Position numbers and translations under genes: made by a program. DNA of 64,000 nucleotides from Amoebophrya sp. A120 (lineage: Eukaryota > Protista > Dinoflagellata), in assembly GCA_905178155.1 (NCBI GenBank), contig CAJINV010000001.1:2408089-2472088 (forward strand). Direction: 5' to 3'. Every line of letters begins with the position of its first letter. Within the stretch, counting starts at the first letter, position 1. Positions 35,526-47,252 of this stretch are shown in pieces. Below the pieces are notes generated by a model. That model did not search any database, was not told the origin of the DNA, and was given only the letters and a program-made list of their open reading frames with translations.

Positions 35526-36813
35526 GACGAATGGAAATTTATTTCAAGGGTAAAAAGAAGCAAAGAAATCTTGCTCCACGAAAGAAACAAAACCAGTTTA
35601 TATTCGAAGATGGGTTCTTCGATTTTTACACTGGAAGATGTTTTGATGTTGAAAAGATAAAGACTTTATTTAACCAAGACAATAACAATAAGCGTGGTCC
35701 AATTTCGATCAGCTTTGAAACGATTTTTGAAATACGACGTTGTCCAAGTTGTACAATTTAACCAATGACTCTCTCAACGAAAAAACTCCGACGATCCCTA
35801 TTTTTTCAGTCGAATGATGAATTTTTTGGATTTGGCGATCCCAACGTAACGAACGATATTTTTTGTTCGGGATGATTTCAGCAGATTTTTTTCCCAAGAA
35901 AAATACGCAAACTGATTTTATACCGATGCGATGCGGATCAAGTCAGTGTCGTGCAGTTCCCTCTTTTACTTTTAGAATTTTCTTTTTCTGTATGTGAACG
36001 TACGAAAAGGAGATAGGAAATCTTACGATACAAATCAATTCCTATTCGCTCTTTGAGACGCTCTCCTGGTGGTTGTCAGTGCGACGATTCTAATCGTACG
36101 ACGTTGGATAGCCACATGGGAGTTGTCACGCAGTAGCGATATGCATTTGGGTTAAATACAATACCCGTATTGATTGGGGACCTGAAAGAAGTTTTGAGGA
36201 ATTAGCCGGAGCGTAGACGATTTGTTTGGTGCATCTTTTTGTTCATGCCACAGTCCCTTGCCGAAACACATGTCGCTCGGGTTTCTCTCACAACTCATTG
36301 TCGCCATCTCATCAATAAAGATGATGAAACAACACCAAAAAAATACTCTACTTGAAAGCATCTCCTGGCACTGCGTGCCACCTCGTAAAAAATCGAAAAA
36401 AATTTAGACTGAGCAAAGTCCCATGGCTCTGAACACTGTTGAATTCTTGGTAGCACTGCTTTCTCTCTGCAGCATGAAGCTTGAGATTCCTTTCTCCTCG
36501 TGATACATTTTTGCTTCTGTTCGCGAGCTGTCGCGAAACTTCATTCCTCAGAAAGCGCATTTACAGGTTGTTGGGGTGTTCGTTCTTAGTACACAAAGCT
36601 AGTACAATCGACAGAGTTTAGAAGGAGCTCCAGAGCCGTGTTCATTGTTTCGATACTTCGGTTTTCTTCGTCCGTAAAGGACATTTGTCATCAATTAGGT
36701 ATAGTGCTTTCAGTTACTCCAGAAACGCGTCTTCCTTAGTGATGCGCCTCGAATATAGATCGGATGCGATACCTGAGGTTGAGAAGAATGTCGGATATTA
36801 GCTATAATAATAA

Positions 36814-38346
36814 TTACTGTTGTAGGCTCACAAACAAACTGGACCAGAGAAGTTGTGCTGTTCTTATTGCTGGCGGAGGAAGAAAGTGCAAACGCATTCT
36901 GGGAAATGGTATTGAGAAAAACAAGTGAACTAAGAAGTACGCTCCAGGTCCTGGGCCCTTCTGACGCGGATCGTCGTTCGAGTCAAATTTCGTCGAAATC
37001 GTGATATCATACCTGTTTTTTGAGTTGATGCATTGCAATTGGCGCTAGAGAACTTGTTTTGCATATATGCGTCCCGTCGAGCATAATCCGCATGCCAAAC
37101 AGTAACATGCAATACAGTGTCCCGTGTTTGATCGGGTAGTTTTTTCCTGGCTTCCCTGCGACGTTGTACCGTCCCGGACCTGGCTTTCCCTCTTCCTCTA
37201 TCAAATGCAAAAATGTCTGGGTCTGGAAGAATGCAAGATTTGTCATGCATCTTTCTCATGACCCATGATGCCTGTAATACATGACCTAGCATTGCAGACT
37301 TCTAGAGGGCTTCCTGATGCACCTTCGGCATGAGAAATGCCCTGTCCGTGTAGCAAAAACTGTGCCCCTCTTGCTGGTCATGCAATACAAATTTTTTTAG
37401 AGTCCAAAAACAGCATGACAAGTTGCAATCTTCCAGACCCAGACATTTTTGCAGTTCATATCCTCGTTCAGTTTCGAATTGTCCAAGTACTTAGCTGGGA
37501 TCGTCCATTTTGGGTTACCCGACCCTCGCTGCAGGCCCCCGTCGCCCGCGCTATACCTCGTATCGTATTTCGCCGGACCGGGACCGCTGTGTCTCGGGTT
37601 ACCTGCCGTCTTCTCCTCGATACTTGGAAACCTAGAGTTTTTATTTGCATGGGACATTGCAGAAGAAAAATAGCGCATGATGCTGCCATGCATGGCCAAA
37701 CTAGGCTCATCCGCCGAAGAAAGAACAAAAACAATTTATCAGCACGTCAATATTACCTTGGCTTGATTTTAAGGTCTTTTATGACGATGTCTTTTCTTAT
37801 TGCGGAAAACTTCTTGGACACATCGCCGTAGTGGTCTGGTCCTGGTTTGCTCCGGCTTTCGGGATCCATGCCATATTCGTTTCGCTTTTCTGAACCAATT
37901 TTTGCGTGCGGCCCCTTTTCCCACTTCCCGAGAAACAGTCGGCTCTCTCGGTAGTAGTTCGGTCCACCGGGGGTTGCGCGACCTAGAGAAAGTGAAAGAC
38001 GAGATGCGAGATGGTGCATGATAGTCTGCAGCAAGTGCAAAATCGCAACAACCATTTCCCTTGAATTACCGTACGATTTTCTTTGTCACGCCGGCGAGAA
38101 CAAAAATATCGGGAATAAGTAAGTACCTTGCTTCACAATGCACGGATCGTCGACGTAACTTCTGCAAACCTTGCCAAACCCGTTGCCCTTACTGTGCCAT
38201 GAAGAGAAGGGCGGACCTCCCTCGTTAAAACTGGAATTTAGCTGGACCATGATAGCAGCACCCTCCTGGCGCGCAAGTCGGAGGAGTGTTGCTTGATTGC
38301 CAAGTGTCCCGTTCGTTTGATCGAAGGTGGACGCGGAGAGTTGCAC
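36814..38346 (-). CDS. SHIPPO/STPG (PGP-repeat, ODF3-like) axonemal protein; ends approximate
   Basis: Repeats PGGPNYY, PGPDHY, PGPAKY, PGPGRY and PGPGAY across exons separated by three GT-AG introns and one introner. Confidence 0.7.
37199..37460. mobile_element. Introner family A
   Basis: Family A TIRs; direct repeat TCCTC; closely related to 44250-44515. Confidence 0.9.
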
Positions 38347-39535
38347 ACTAAAGTACTCTTCCAGTCGCTTGCGACCGTGCGGTTCCCAGAACGTTTCGTC
38401 GCTTTTCGGTGTGCAAGGTCAGACGCCAAGGTCAATTGGAAACCACGTGTGAAAAGCTTTTTGGGATTGGGATGTTCTCACTTTCGTATACGCGGAAGCG
38501 GCGATGAGAGCGGCAAATACGGGGGCATGCGGGAACTTACTCCGGGTACTGATTTCCATCTACACTGCGCTTGGTTGCGGGTGGTTGTTTCTGAGTTGTA
38601 GACAAAGATCAAGGACATTGAAACAATGCGAGAGCAGAACCTGTTCTCTCTCGTCTGTCTCACCAAACAGCTCCTTCACTCGATTCTACAACTAGCGCTC
38701 TCAGCTCCTCGAAACATCGACAATTATCGAAGCACGCGGAATTAGAAGCAGGCCTGCGAGTTGCTTCACAGAATCGATGCATCGATGGGACCTATCAACA
38801 CCGACAATTTGATTGAGTTTGAAGTTCGTTGAATGTCGCCTATGGCAACTCCGACATTGCAAAATACCTGGCTTAAATTTCGTTTCAATATCCCTCGTCA
38901 CGCATTTTCTTTCGAAGTGGACTTCGCTAGAAGTCCACTATGCAATTTGAAAGAAGCTTCAAAATTGGAATTGCGGGATGCCTAGGTGAGGACAAAAAAA
39001 GTTCACCTGAGGAAAATAATGAGACGAAAAGTTATAAAGAAATGAGCTCGATTTTGACGATTCGGAAAATTGCGTGTGTCTTCTGCTGTGATACAGAAAA
39101 TGGAATAGGGAAATCGGAAAATGTGATGTAAACAGTCAGAGTCGAAGAAAGCGATGAGTTTGGAATAATTTCACTTGCCTGCGCGGAAAAGGGGAGCTGC
39201 GCATTCTTGTTGCAAGTGGAAGCGCAGGAGCAGCAGCAAGTGCAACCGACTCCAGAAAATAATAAAATCAGCAATCTCTGGCTAGAAGTTAAAGTAAGCT
39301 CTTGGTAGAAAAAAAAACAAGTTCGCAACGGAAAATAGTTCGACGATTCATTGAAATTCATTTTTATTGTGAGGATGTTGCTCGGTAGCTTGGGAAAAGA
39401 TGAAAAATTCTCAAAGACATTAGTGCCGCAAGTTCACCTTGTTGATCAATCTGTGCTACATTTCACATTCAGTTATGGTGAAAAAGAATTTCATTCTATT
39501 TTGACCTCCCCATTTCGTATCTTCACCTTTTCCCT

Positions 39536-42422
39536 TCACCGCTGGGCATACAGTCCAAAGTCGACTGCAGCAGCCCGCATCCGATCCAGAATCTTCGTTT
39601 TCTTCTTCAAGGACTTTTCCAAGTCCTTCACGAGTTGCGAGTCGATGGTGGATGTAGGAGCTTCGTCACCACAGGTCCGCACGCCCTTGGGTGGCTCATC
39701 GTGCTGACTCCAGTACCGCAGTCCCGTCTTGTACTCGTCTCGATACTTTCGACTTCGTGCTAGAGCAACAACGCGACTTCGCGTGACACCGGACCATTTC
39801 GGCAACTTGGCTTTGTGTAGGTAGATCGAGACCGTCTGGTCCGCCTTCGGTAAGCCGCTATGGGAACCCATGCGGACGGCTCGCCCACAAAGCTGCGCGT
39901 ACTCTGTGGCAGAAAGGGGGATGTCGAGGGCATGAAAGTCGCGCACCCCTCGAAATTCGATCCCTGTTTTGATCGAGAAAAAGCTGAATGAAGTTCAATT
40001 GCAGACCACAGCTATTTGTGCAAGCAAAAAGCTCATCTCGCACGGTCATGGCATCGCACAAGATCAAGAGTCAGCATCGCTAAGTAATGTAGCCAGTCGC
40101 AAAAAAGTGCTTTTACCCTCGCCGCATTCTTCCCGAGTGGCCAACATAATGACAAATTTCTCACCCCGCAAATTTGTCTCGCCACAGTTAAAGCGACTGA
40201 GATCCTCAAAAAAGGCGACCTTGCCGGGAAACGCGTGCTCCAGCAGCCTCTTCGCAGCAAGAAATCCCGTCCGTCGTGCCACAATGACAAGTGTCTTCAA
40301 TGACCTTTCCCTTGTCATGCTTATCACCTGAGGATGGTGTAAGAGACGAAATCGAAATGAATACTGAACATATTAATTGAAGTAGTGCTTGCATACTTTC
40401 TACCTATGATCGAAACAACTCAGTAAATACCTTGCAGATTTTCGGGCACAGCTCTTTTCTCAGCTCGATCAGCTGTGCGTCTTCCATTTTGCCGATGGTC
40501 TGCGGTGGCAGAGCAGAAACGGTGTAGACGGACAGTTTCTTGACCCTCTGGGCGTCTTGGTCGCCGACCTCGACGGCGTGCTTCAACACATACCGTGCTG
40601 CGGACCGGCCTTTCAAGCCCACGGGTAAAGAGCCCGACAACTGCAGCCCGCTTCCGAGTTTCTTGTCGACATCCGGACGGTTCATAACGACACGAGGGTA
40701 GTGCTCCTTCAGCTCCTCGTGCATGGTCGAAATAAACCCTTCATCCGTGCGGTCGTCGCGCCCCTTGCCTTTTACGATGTCGAGCAAAGCCCGCGGGTTC
40801 TGGCCGACGATAACAGGCGTGGCGGTCATCAAATAGACCCAGGTGCCGGGCTTGCTTTTCGTTCCCCGCGCGGACGTGGACGAGATGGCCTCGCGAAGGC
40901 GCTGCAGCGGCAACTTGAATCGTTCCTCCGTCGGTCGGATGAGATTGTGGGCCTCATCCATAATCACCAGCTTCCCGGCCAACGCGTTCTCAGGATTAAG
41001 CCTGAACTTCAAAGCCGGATCGACTGCCTGCGTCTTCAATCCTTCCCTGTTGTAGCCCATTGCGCGTCCACCCGCTGTTGCGTAGGAGAAAATTCGCAGT
41101 GGAGCCGCGGGCGGGGTGATGCCCTTGTCCATTTCAAAATTCGCTGCCCAGCCGCTCTTCACTTTTCCTTGGACAATTTGTCCCTTCAACCCCACGACAT
41201 CGCAGAACTGCGAGCACAACTGTGCCGTCATGTTGACCTTCCACTTCTCCTCCTTCTTTGCGACCCAGTTATTGGTGCCGAGGAGCTCGTAAACGGACTC
41301 AGCACAAGAGGCCGCGAAGAAATCACGCCAAATGTTCGGCCAAGTGAGGAATTCCTTCACCAAATTCTCCACGTGGTGTCGCTTTGGTAGGACAATCACT
41401 TTTGCGCGTGCAATGGCGTAATCCGCAGACAGCATCGCAATCTGTGTCCGGGTTTTTCCGCTCCCCGTGCGATGGTCGACCACCATACGCGTACACCTCC
41501 CCGTTTCGAAGAGGTACAGCAGTGCTTTTTGATGCGGGAGGAGCTGCACTAACTTGTCCGCGGCTGACGCGCCGGGATCGAGTTTCTTGAAAGCAAACGT
41601 TTTGAAAAAAGTCCCGGTATGAAGGAATTTCACAAACCCCTTGTCGCCCGGTTGCAAACCGCCGGGGTTGGGAAATTCATCTGGCTGCAGACCGTCGTCC
41701 TCCTCTTCAAGATCACCTTCCAGCAAGCTCTCGCTATCATGATCGCTGCAAGAGGACTGCGAATCTTCGTCCGACAGGTACTTCGGTTCATCCCCCTCGA
41801 CCAGGTCCTCCTGTTCCGACTCCGCTGCGACCGGATCGGGCTGTTTGCGTTTCAACACTCCCGCATCCACTAGCTTGTTCCGCAGCTCCGCCTCGCCTCC
41901 CCCTGTACGGACCGCTCGACGGATATCCCGCAGGAAGTCGGCGGTGAGTTCAGGCCCGGATGAGCTCTCGCCGTCGCTGTCGAGAGAATTGACGCGGTCG
42001 ACTTTTTGGTTTTGGTGCTGGTTTTGATTATTTGGTTGCGGTTGGCTGACTGCTGGTGCTGCTGCTAGCGCTGCGGCTGCTCCCGGCGCGGCATCATTAG
42101 CATTTCCGATGCCGCTTTCACTAGTCCCGCTTTCGGATTCGGAGTCGGAGCTGGCAAACTGAGATTCATCGTCAGACTCCTCGCCGTTTTTTGCCGTGTT
42201 GGACGACTCAGAGTCAGCCTCCTCCCCTTCCTCGTCGTCGCTGGAGCTCAGCAAAACCACCACGTTTTGGCTCTCGTTTTTGCTGACTCGTGGCGGCGTG
42301 CGCGAGCGTAGAAGTGGGGATGCAGCCGGTCTTCCAGGTCGAGTCCTGGGCGGGGTTGATCCACCCGTGTTAGGCGCCGCCAATCGTCCGTGGGAAGAAG
42401 ATGAGGAGCTTAAATTCGGCAT
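39536..42422 (-). CDS. Superfamily 2 helicase resembling NCLDV D6/D11 (VETF-S/NPH-I) helicases, 3 exons
   Basis: LLPHQ, TGSGKT, DEAHNL, MTATP, EGIEFRGVRDFH, QLCGRAVRMGSHSGLP; GT-AG introns 40328-40430 and 39964-40116 join in frame. Confidence 0.8.
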
Positions 42423-43178
42423 TTGCTTAGTTTGTCTGTTTGCAATTGTATAAATGAAAAACGGATGGAAATCTAACTGAAAACAGAAGTAGAAGTTCCA
42501 GATCAGCTCACTAGCGAAAGTGGATCAATTTGATCGAGTTCAAAAGGCAAACTGTTTAAAAAATTCGAAGAAGAAACGTTGGGAAAACCTTAGATCAAGT
42601 TGTCCGAATTTTTTACTACCTGCAGCTGTTTTTTCGAAATTAAAAAGAGGGTGCTGGCGGTGGCCTCAATCCTTTGACTTCGTGAAGAGGAAGATGAACA
42701 AACAACGACAGACCACGAATTGCGATAGCGAAAGCGATTTTGCGAAGCATATTTGAAAGCACTCTCGTGCGATTTTCAGACTCTGTATGCCGCTGCCCCA
42801 ATTATTTGCGTGACAATTTGCAACAACTCCATCGACGAATGCTAACAAAAATGCTTGCGTGGCGTCGACGTTTCTCAGTACAAGCAAAAAGAAAAGTCCG
42901 ACAAAAGACAGAACAAGAAAACCTTCAATCAAGCGAAAAAAGAAAAACACCGAAAACGATTTGAGGAGCACATGACCAACCACGGCGTCTTCTCTCGGTT
43001 AAATGTATTCATTTCGCTGATAGCATACAACGTGCATTGATATTCAGTACAGAGCCTACAGCATCACGAGACGTTTTCAAATAAAACAGCGACATAGGGT
43101 CATCCTCGTCTTTGTTTCACATTCGTAGTTTACTTGTTTTTGAAACAGAAAAATCCAGCGGCACTTAACTCAAGAAAC

Positions 43179-46100
43179 TCACTGTGCAAAATCTCCGTTC
43201 CAGGGCTTCAACTTTTCGAAGGTTTCCCGCCTTCCGCTGATCGGGTTGGTCCAGCCCTCCGCACCGTACCCCGGCGTGTTGATTAGCCACCGGTAGCCCT
43301 TCGCCCCCTTTGCCGCAGGAATCATGCCGTTCAGACCGCCCTCCATCGGCGGCGCGATCGGTGGGCGGCCGTCGTCCATGGAGTCCAAGGGTGCGTGCGT
43401 CATGTTGGTCCACCAGTAGTAGCCGTGCGAGTCGTGCATCGGGAACCACGTGCCCGCTTCCTGGTCCGGGTTCTTCACGAAGAAGTCCGGGTCCGCGTCC
43501 TTGTACAACCTGCGCTCGAACTCGGTGGGCCACCGCGGCATGAAACTGCGGTCGCTCTGCTTTATCCTGTGTAAAAACGTCCCCACACCATAGTTGTCAT
43601 GCAAATCTGCATGCTTAAAATGTTTCTCATGCGGAGCCCCATGAGAAGCATTTTCTAATGGTGTTTCGAAATTTGTCATGCTCCAATCAGCATGAGAGAC
43701 TAGATCTGTAATGCTGCTGAACTAGCTCAAACACAACTACACTACGCGTCCAAATTTGTCATGCGAAACAACCAAAGCTTGGGGATTTGTCTAGCCGATT
43801 CCCCATCTTGACTATGGGGTGGGTACGTTTTTACATAGGATATGCTTGGAAAAGTCCTTGCCCGCGTCCGCCCGGCACTCGTCGACGTTCAGGAAGTTGT
43901 CCGGGTCGTCGCACCGGTATCCTGAGTAAAAACGTCCCCACCCCATAGTCAAGTTGTGAACTCTGCAACACAAATCTAGGAGTTTTGGAAGCCATGCATG
44001 ACAAGTTCGTCTTTGTAGTGTAGTGCAGGTTAGGAAGGACAGTCGCATGACAAACTCATCTCCTCATCCTGTTTACAGGATTACAAATGCCAAAACACGA
44101 TTGGAAATGCCTCTGATGTAGATGCGCATTACAAATGTTCCTGTCATTGCAAATCTGCATGACAACTCTGGGGTGGGGACGTTCTTGCTCAGGATAACCG
44201 GTCGCTCTGGCTCAACCAGTAGTCCCGTTTCGGGTTCCCGACCAGGTTCTATCAAATGCAAAAATGTCTGGGTCTGGAAGAATGCAAGATTTGTCATGCA
44301 TATTTCTCATGACCCATGATTGTCTGTGATGTATGCCCTAGCATCACAGGTTTTTAGAACCCTTCCTGATGCCCTTTCCGCATGAGAAATGCCCTGTCCG
44401 TGTAGCACAAAGCGCACCCCTCTTGCTGGTCATGCAACACAAATTTTTTTAGAGTCCAAAAAAAGCATGACAAGTTGCAATCTTCCACCAGACCCAGACA
44501 TTTTTGCAGTTGATAGGTTCTCGCGCATGGCAATCATCGCTAGCGGGTTCTGCGGCGCCATCCCCGCCATGAACGTGTTCGGGTTTTCCATGATCGGGTG
44601 TCTTTGCACCGTGAACCCGATGTGCGCGGCGCGGTATCGTATTTGAAAACGTCTCCACCCCAAAGCTGTAATGCAAATCTGTATGCTGAAAATGTCTCTG
44701 CTCATGCGGAGCCCCATGAGAAGCATTTTCTAGTCGTGTTGTGGAATTTGTCATGCTCCAATCAGCGCGATGCACTAGATCTGTGATTCTTCTGCACCTG
44801 CTAGAAACGATTACACTACGGGACCAAACTTGTCATGCGCAACAACCAAAGTTGACAGATTTGTCTAGCAAACTTCCCATCTTGACTCTGGGGTGGGGAC
44901 GTGGTTTTTTCTCCGGATACCCGCCCCCCGATGTTCTCCCAGCCCTCTTTCCAGTGCTCGATCTCCTTCGGCTTGAACCGCGCCACTATGCAAAGAAAAA
45001 AGTGTCACAGTTACAAATTGCTTTGCAAAACATGCAAGACAGACGACCTCTGTCATGCGCAAAATGCATGCGTGTCTCGTTTTGTGTGCGTTTTGCCTTA
45101 TGATCTCTGCATTACAAGTTTTCAGCGTCATGCGAGGCAAATTTGTGATGCTTTATTCACTACAAATGTGTAACTGTAACACTTTTTTCCTTGCATAGCC
45201 ACGGACGTGATTTTCATGTCGAACCAGTGCGGCCGCGGGTCCCACTTCGGCGTGCAGGGAAGGATTAACGTCTTCTGCGACCCGCCGATGGCAACCATAG
45301 TGCTGAAGTCCCAGTGTCCCGGCTCCGGGTGCTTCAACCTATGACAGTGCACAACGGCGCCTCCCCCCTCACTTGTCATGCAGAACCGCGATTCCAGTCG
45401 CTGCCTCATGGCACTCTTTGCATGACAAGTTCTGGTAGCCCAAATAGCACTACACTCCGGTGGAAATCTGTCATGCAAGACCGGCATTCTTGTTGATGCT
45501 TGTATTACCGTCCATGCTATACAAATGAGGGGGAGGGGGAGTTGTGCACTCTCATACAACCCCACCCGGCTGTCGAAGATCGCGTCCCACAAAATCCGGT
45601 CGGATTTCCCGTCCATCCTATGCATCGCAAAAGCATCGCAGTTGTACTTCATGAATCGCATGACAAACTTTTCAAGCGGAAAGATGAAATCTGTCATGCA
45701 GATTTCGGTAAGAGCCTACGGGTCTGTCATGCAAAACTGCGTTTTACACCAGCAGTCTTCGCTACTTTTGCACCTGGGATACATACCGAATTCCTTCAAT
45801 TCGACCCGGATTCTCCCGTCGCTGAGCGGCCCCTTCTTGTCCCGGAAGTTCACGGCTGGCAGTTGAAACATTCTGTTCGTGCCCCCGAGAAACGCTTTCG
45901 CGGTCTGCGTCTGCTCCACGGTCCCCCCGCCGCCCCTGGAGAACGGCGGACGGTCCGTGCAGGTGAACCGCCCCTTCCGGCCGAAACCGGTCTCCCCGAT
46001 GTTTACCATGGGGAGGGAGGACTTCGCGATGTTGGTGCTGTAGATGTCTGCCGTCTGGTACTGCAGGTGAATGAAGGCGGGGCCGAGGTGGGGGCCCTTC

Positions 46101-47116
46101 GCGAGGTTGTTCCACACATACGCGGCGCCCTCGGCCGGGGTCCACCGGTCCATCGCACGCCGCTGCCAGAGCTTGTCCACCAAATCATTGATGTAATCCT
46201 TGTTCGGGTTCTCGCGCTCGTGGGGAAGCGCGAACACAGTCTTGATTCTCTTGTTGCGATGATGTGACGCAAATAAAGCTCTATTCCCTGGGGTCAACGC
46301 GAGAGTAGAGCTCGCTGTACTGGAAGTAGAGTGCTCTTCATCTATCGGAGCCCGAAAGTAACCCGTCGTTTGAACATTCGCTAGAAACGAGCTAGGGTTG
46401 CGAACGGCAGTCCAGCCTGCGATGTTCCTCTTCCCCTGACGTCTGCGCGCTCCTCCGCAGTAAAACTGCAATGGTGCTGTTCCGCCCGTGGGACCTGCGC
46501 AGCTCGCGGTGTCTTTATTCTTGAAGGATGATTCAACAGAGAACGTTGTGTCGCTGTCCCCCTCGTGTGTTTTCGTCTCGTGCCTACTGAAAAAAGCCGT
46601 ACTCGTCCGACCGTGATTATGGTTTGCCCCACGACTACAGTTTTTCGCATTCTTGCACAATATTGACCAAATATCGGCTCCTGTCGCCCCTACTGTGGTT
46701 GCGGCTGCTGACTTCGCGCGGCCCGCGCTGCTTGTCGTGTTGACTGCACTTACGTAGTCCAGAAGCTCTGTTAACAGCGAAGACGTCCCCGATCCGGAAA
46801 ACATCGTCGTGCAGCTGGCAGTAATAGAATGCTGAGTGGTCTGTAGTTTCTTTCCTAGTAACTTACGTCTCACTACAGAACCTAGAAGACCACAGGAGGT
46901 AAGTACTTTACGCAAGTATCTTTTCTTTGGCTTCACTTTCATTGACGCCAGCACGCTCACCCGATCTTCAACATCCGAACCTTCATCTCCCAGGAGGTAG
47001 CTGCTACTGCACGATACTTCGACAGACGAGCGAAGTTTGTTCTTACGAGATGGATCAGCGAGTCCAAAGAATACGACGAAACGCACGAGCATCGACAAAG
47101 AGAAAGTAGACCTCAA
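43179..47116 (-). CDS. Hypothetical protein with 7 introner introns (start uncertain)
   Basis: One continuous frame after excising all seven elements: KEFGM-DGKSD...SRVG-LKHPE...TSVA-RFKPK...IGGR-AAHIG...MREN-LVGNP...QSDR-CDDPD...FSK-QSDRSF...FAQ. Confidence 0.75.
43563..43842. mobile_element. Introner family B
   Basis: TATCCTGTGTAAAAACGT...ACGTTTTTACATAGGATA; direct repeat TGCTT. Confidence 0.9.
43918..44196. mobile_element. Introner family B (opposite orientation)
   Basis: Family B TIRs; body is the reverse complement of 6173-6451; direct repeat ACCGG. Confidence 0.9.
44250..44515. mobile_element. Introner family A
   Basis: Family A TIRs; direct repeat GGTTC. Confidence 0.9.
44635..44919. 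mobile_element. Introner family B (degenerate TIRs)
   Basis: Body matches 43563-43842; direct repeat CGCGG/CCCGC. Confidence 0.8.
44987..45197. mobile_element. Introner family E
   Basis: TATGCAAAGAAAAAAGTGTCACAGTTACA...TGTAACTGTAACACTTTTTTCCTTGCATA; direct repeat GCCAC. Confidence 0.9.
45340..45556. mobile_element. Introner family F
   Basis: TATGACAGTGCACAAC...GTTGTGCACTCTCATA; direct repeat CAACC. Confidence 0.9.
45619..45781. mobile_element. Introner family D-like
   Basis: TATGCATCGCAAAAG...CTTTTGCACCTGGGATA; direct repeat CATCC/CATAC. Confidence 0.75.
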
Positions 47117-47252
47117 AGACTTCTTGATTGTTGCGGAAAATCAATAGATAGGAACGGCCTGGTGTTTGTTCAGACAAATATTCGTCTGGTCTTTCTTGGT
47201 GATCTTCATCGTGGTTTTAAACTACAAAAACGCGAAGTAGAATGTAGGGTCG

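Noticed and set aside
35550-36800. Short ORFs in AT-richer gaps (also 32350-33050 and 55900-57300)
   Set aside because: No motifs, repeats or splice support; treated as intergenic or UTR.
37013-37121. Apparent GA-AG intron in the SHIPPO gene
   Set aside because: A canonical GT donor at 37115 gives an in-frame GT-AG intron (KHGTL-YDIT).
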